Shown: positions 62,601 through 64,000 of the stretch, in pieces
Layout: each line of letters begins with the position of its first letter
Position numbering within the stretch: the first letter of the stretch is position 1
Assembly: GCA_001949185.1 (NCBI GenBank)
Contig: BDGG01000001.1
Span: 5,321,624-5,385,623 of the forward strand
From: Ramazzottius varieornatus
Taxonomy: Eukaryota > Animalia > Tardigrada
Length of the DNA: 64,000 nucleotides
Direction of reading: 5' to 3'
Notes under the pieces: generated by a model
What the model saw: the letters and a program-made list of their open reading frames with translations, nothing else
What the model was told of the DNA's origin: nothing
The model's database searches: none
Position numbers and translations under genes: made by a program

Positions 62601-64000
62601 TATGTTATTACCGACTATAAGAAGGTCGCATCAAGCATCCTTCATCAGCCGGGCAAATGCAGTCTCGAGGATGCGAAGAGTCGTGTGATATTCCCAAATT
62701 ATGGGCAATCATGTGTGAAACCCTGACTGCTGCACTCAATACATCAAGGCCAACCTATAATTTTCCAAAAAAACATTTACATCACAAACAGCCTCAATGA
62801 AATAAGTCAGACAAGCCAGTTCGCCGAAAGGGCTACATTCAGGATAAGAGTTTGGGTATAATGAGCTTACTGTAGTCATTCCCACCGATTTCAGTGAGCA
62901 GATGCTACCGACGGAAGCTGTTCCGTATTGATCATGGGCGAAACGTGCCGCTTGACTTGCCAGCAGTAACTGGAGCGAGTCAAATGAGATCGTGTACAAA
63001 TTGTCCGCCGTGTAACTCATCACGTTCAGCAGGGTTGCGCCAGCGTCGTTGTGTAGGATGTGAACTTGGTTGTGCTCGTTCCAGACTTCCACGTAGGACA
63101 AAACTACTCGTATTTTCAAGGGCTGGAATACCTAGAGAAATAAAATCAATGAACCTCAATGTCTAAGAAAAATATGGAAGAATTGGAGGGGGAAAAATCT
63201 CCCCAAGGATATTTTGGAAATTAATTCAACGACGAACAACGATAATATTTTGTGTTGATCTTTGACCAGACACGAAAACAAGCTGGGAAATTTCCAATCG
63301 AATTAGCGATCCATTGATATGTTGAATTGAGTTGAAGTACACGCACGATGGGTGATTATGGGACAGGCCTTTTCGCTACGACGGTACGGGAGCACGTACG
63401 TACGCAACCGATTCACAGTAATATACTTTTCGACACTTTTCTACGGTTGAATTTCCGTCTTTACCGCCTGTCCCGTAATTACCCATCGTGCGTGAACGCA
63501 CAGTACACTGAGTACAGTACCTGATCGATAAGATTGGTGATGGCCAAGGCGTACTCGAGCGCGATATCTTTGTTGTTTTGCGATGAGGAAGTGGTGTTGA
63601 GAAGATGTATCTGTTATGTAAGAAAAGGGAGAAAAGAGCACAAATTGAGTGTCATGATGGAAAGAGCCACTAGAGAATTGATCCGTATGGAAACATGGAA
63701 GATTCCAACTTTGTGGTTGCACTACAGCTGCTGCATGTTTTAATCAAGCGCGAACAAAAGCTAGACGGTTCTACATGTTATGAAAGTACCCAGAAACACG
63801 GCGAAGGGATAATTGATGGCATACCAATGTGGTGTCAAAGATTAGCGCCAGCTCCAGCCATTTCAATGCGCCACTGGATCGGAGAAGCGAGCGCTTCGTC
63901 CTCGCTATAGAATTCCCCTTCGAGTACTCCGGATCGAGCGGTAATTTATGCCGATGGCGCTTGTTATGGCGCAACGAACGATGATGGCTTTTAGTGGTAC
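59679..64000 (-). CDS. ADAM family protein, non-catalytic (mind-meld / ADAM11-22-23 / UNC-71 type); 5' end outside window
   Basis: KWLELALIFD; IRVVLSYVEVW; HMIAHNLGISHD; disintegrin CGNGVVDPDEDCDCG, CDLPEYCTG; Cys-rich domain; TM at ~60910-60975; Ser/Pro-rich tail. Confidence 0.88.

Overview
Eukaryotic (animal) genomic DNA with short spliceosomal introns. A tardigrade is my best guess, from the compact genes and the style of the ANF-receptor-like gene; this is inference only. The left ~25 kb is a nest of mobile elements. An endogenous Polinton/Maverick (adintovirus-like) element supplies major capsid, basic core protein, penton, frameshifted rve-chromo integrase, a two-BIR IAP and a mini LRR membrane protein, with a pPolB N-terminal relic at ~21.5-22 kb. 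Within that span are a CACTA/EnSpm-like transposase (with a divergent BEN-like gene) split by a Ngaro/DIRS-like tyrosine-recombinase (YR) retrotransposon, a hAT-like derivative with ~190-bp inverted repeats, and a complete but decayed PIF/Harbinger; a second degenerate YR-type element follows. The right part holds host genes: GH31 glucosidase II alpha pseudogene, OTUD7-like deubiquitinase, ABHD12, tri-ubiquitin, an ANF-receptor-like gene with a short tail, a pogo transposon with a MITE cluster, a two-RA-domain rau-like gene, two tandem C2H2 zinc-finger paralogs, and a non-catalytic ADAM. The most unusual observation is that the YR retrotransposon has no visible split-direct or long inverted terminal repeats, but carries in its structured 5' leader an exact 15-nt copy of its own insertion junction, mostly host coding sequence. 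This is a candidate for element-encoded, possibly RNA-guided, target selection; a 15-bp target-site duplication of a secondary 132-bp insertion is the main alternative.
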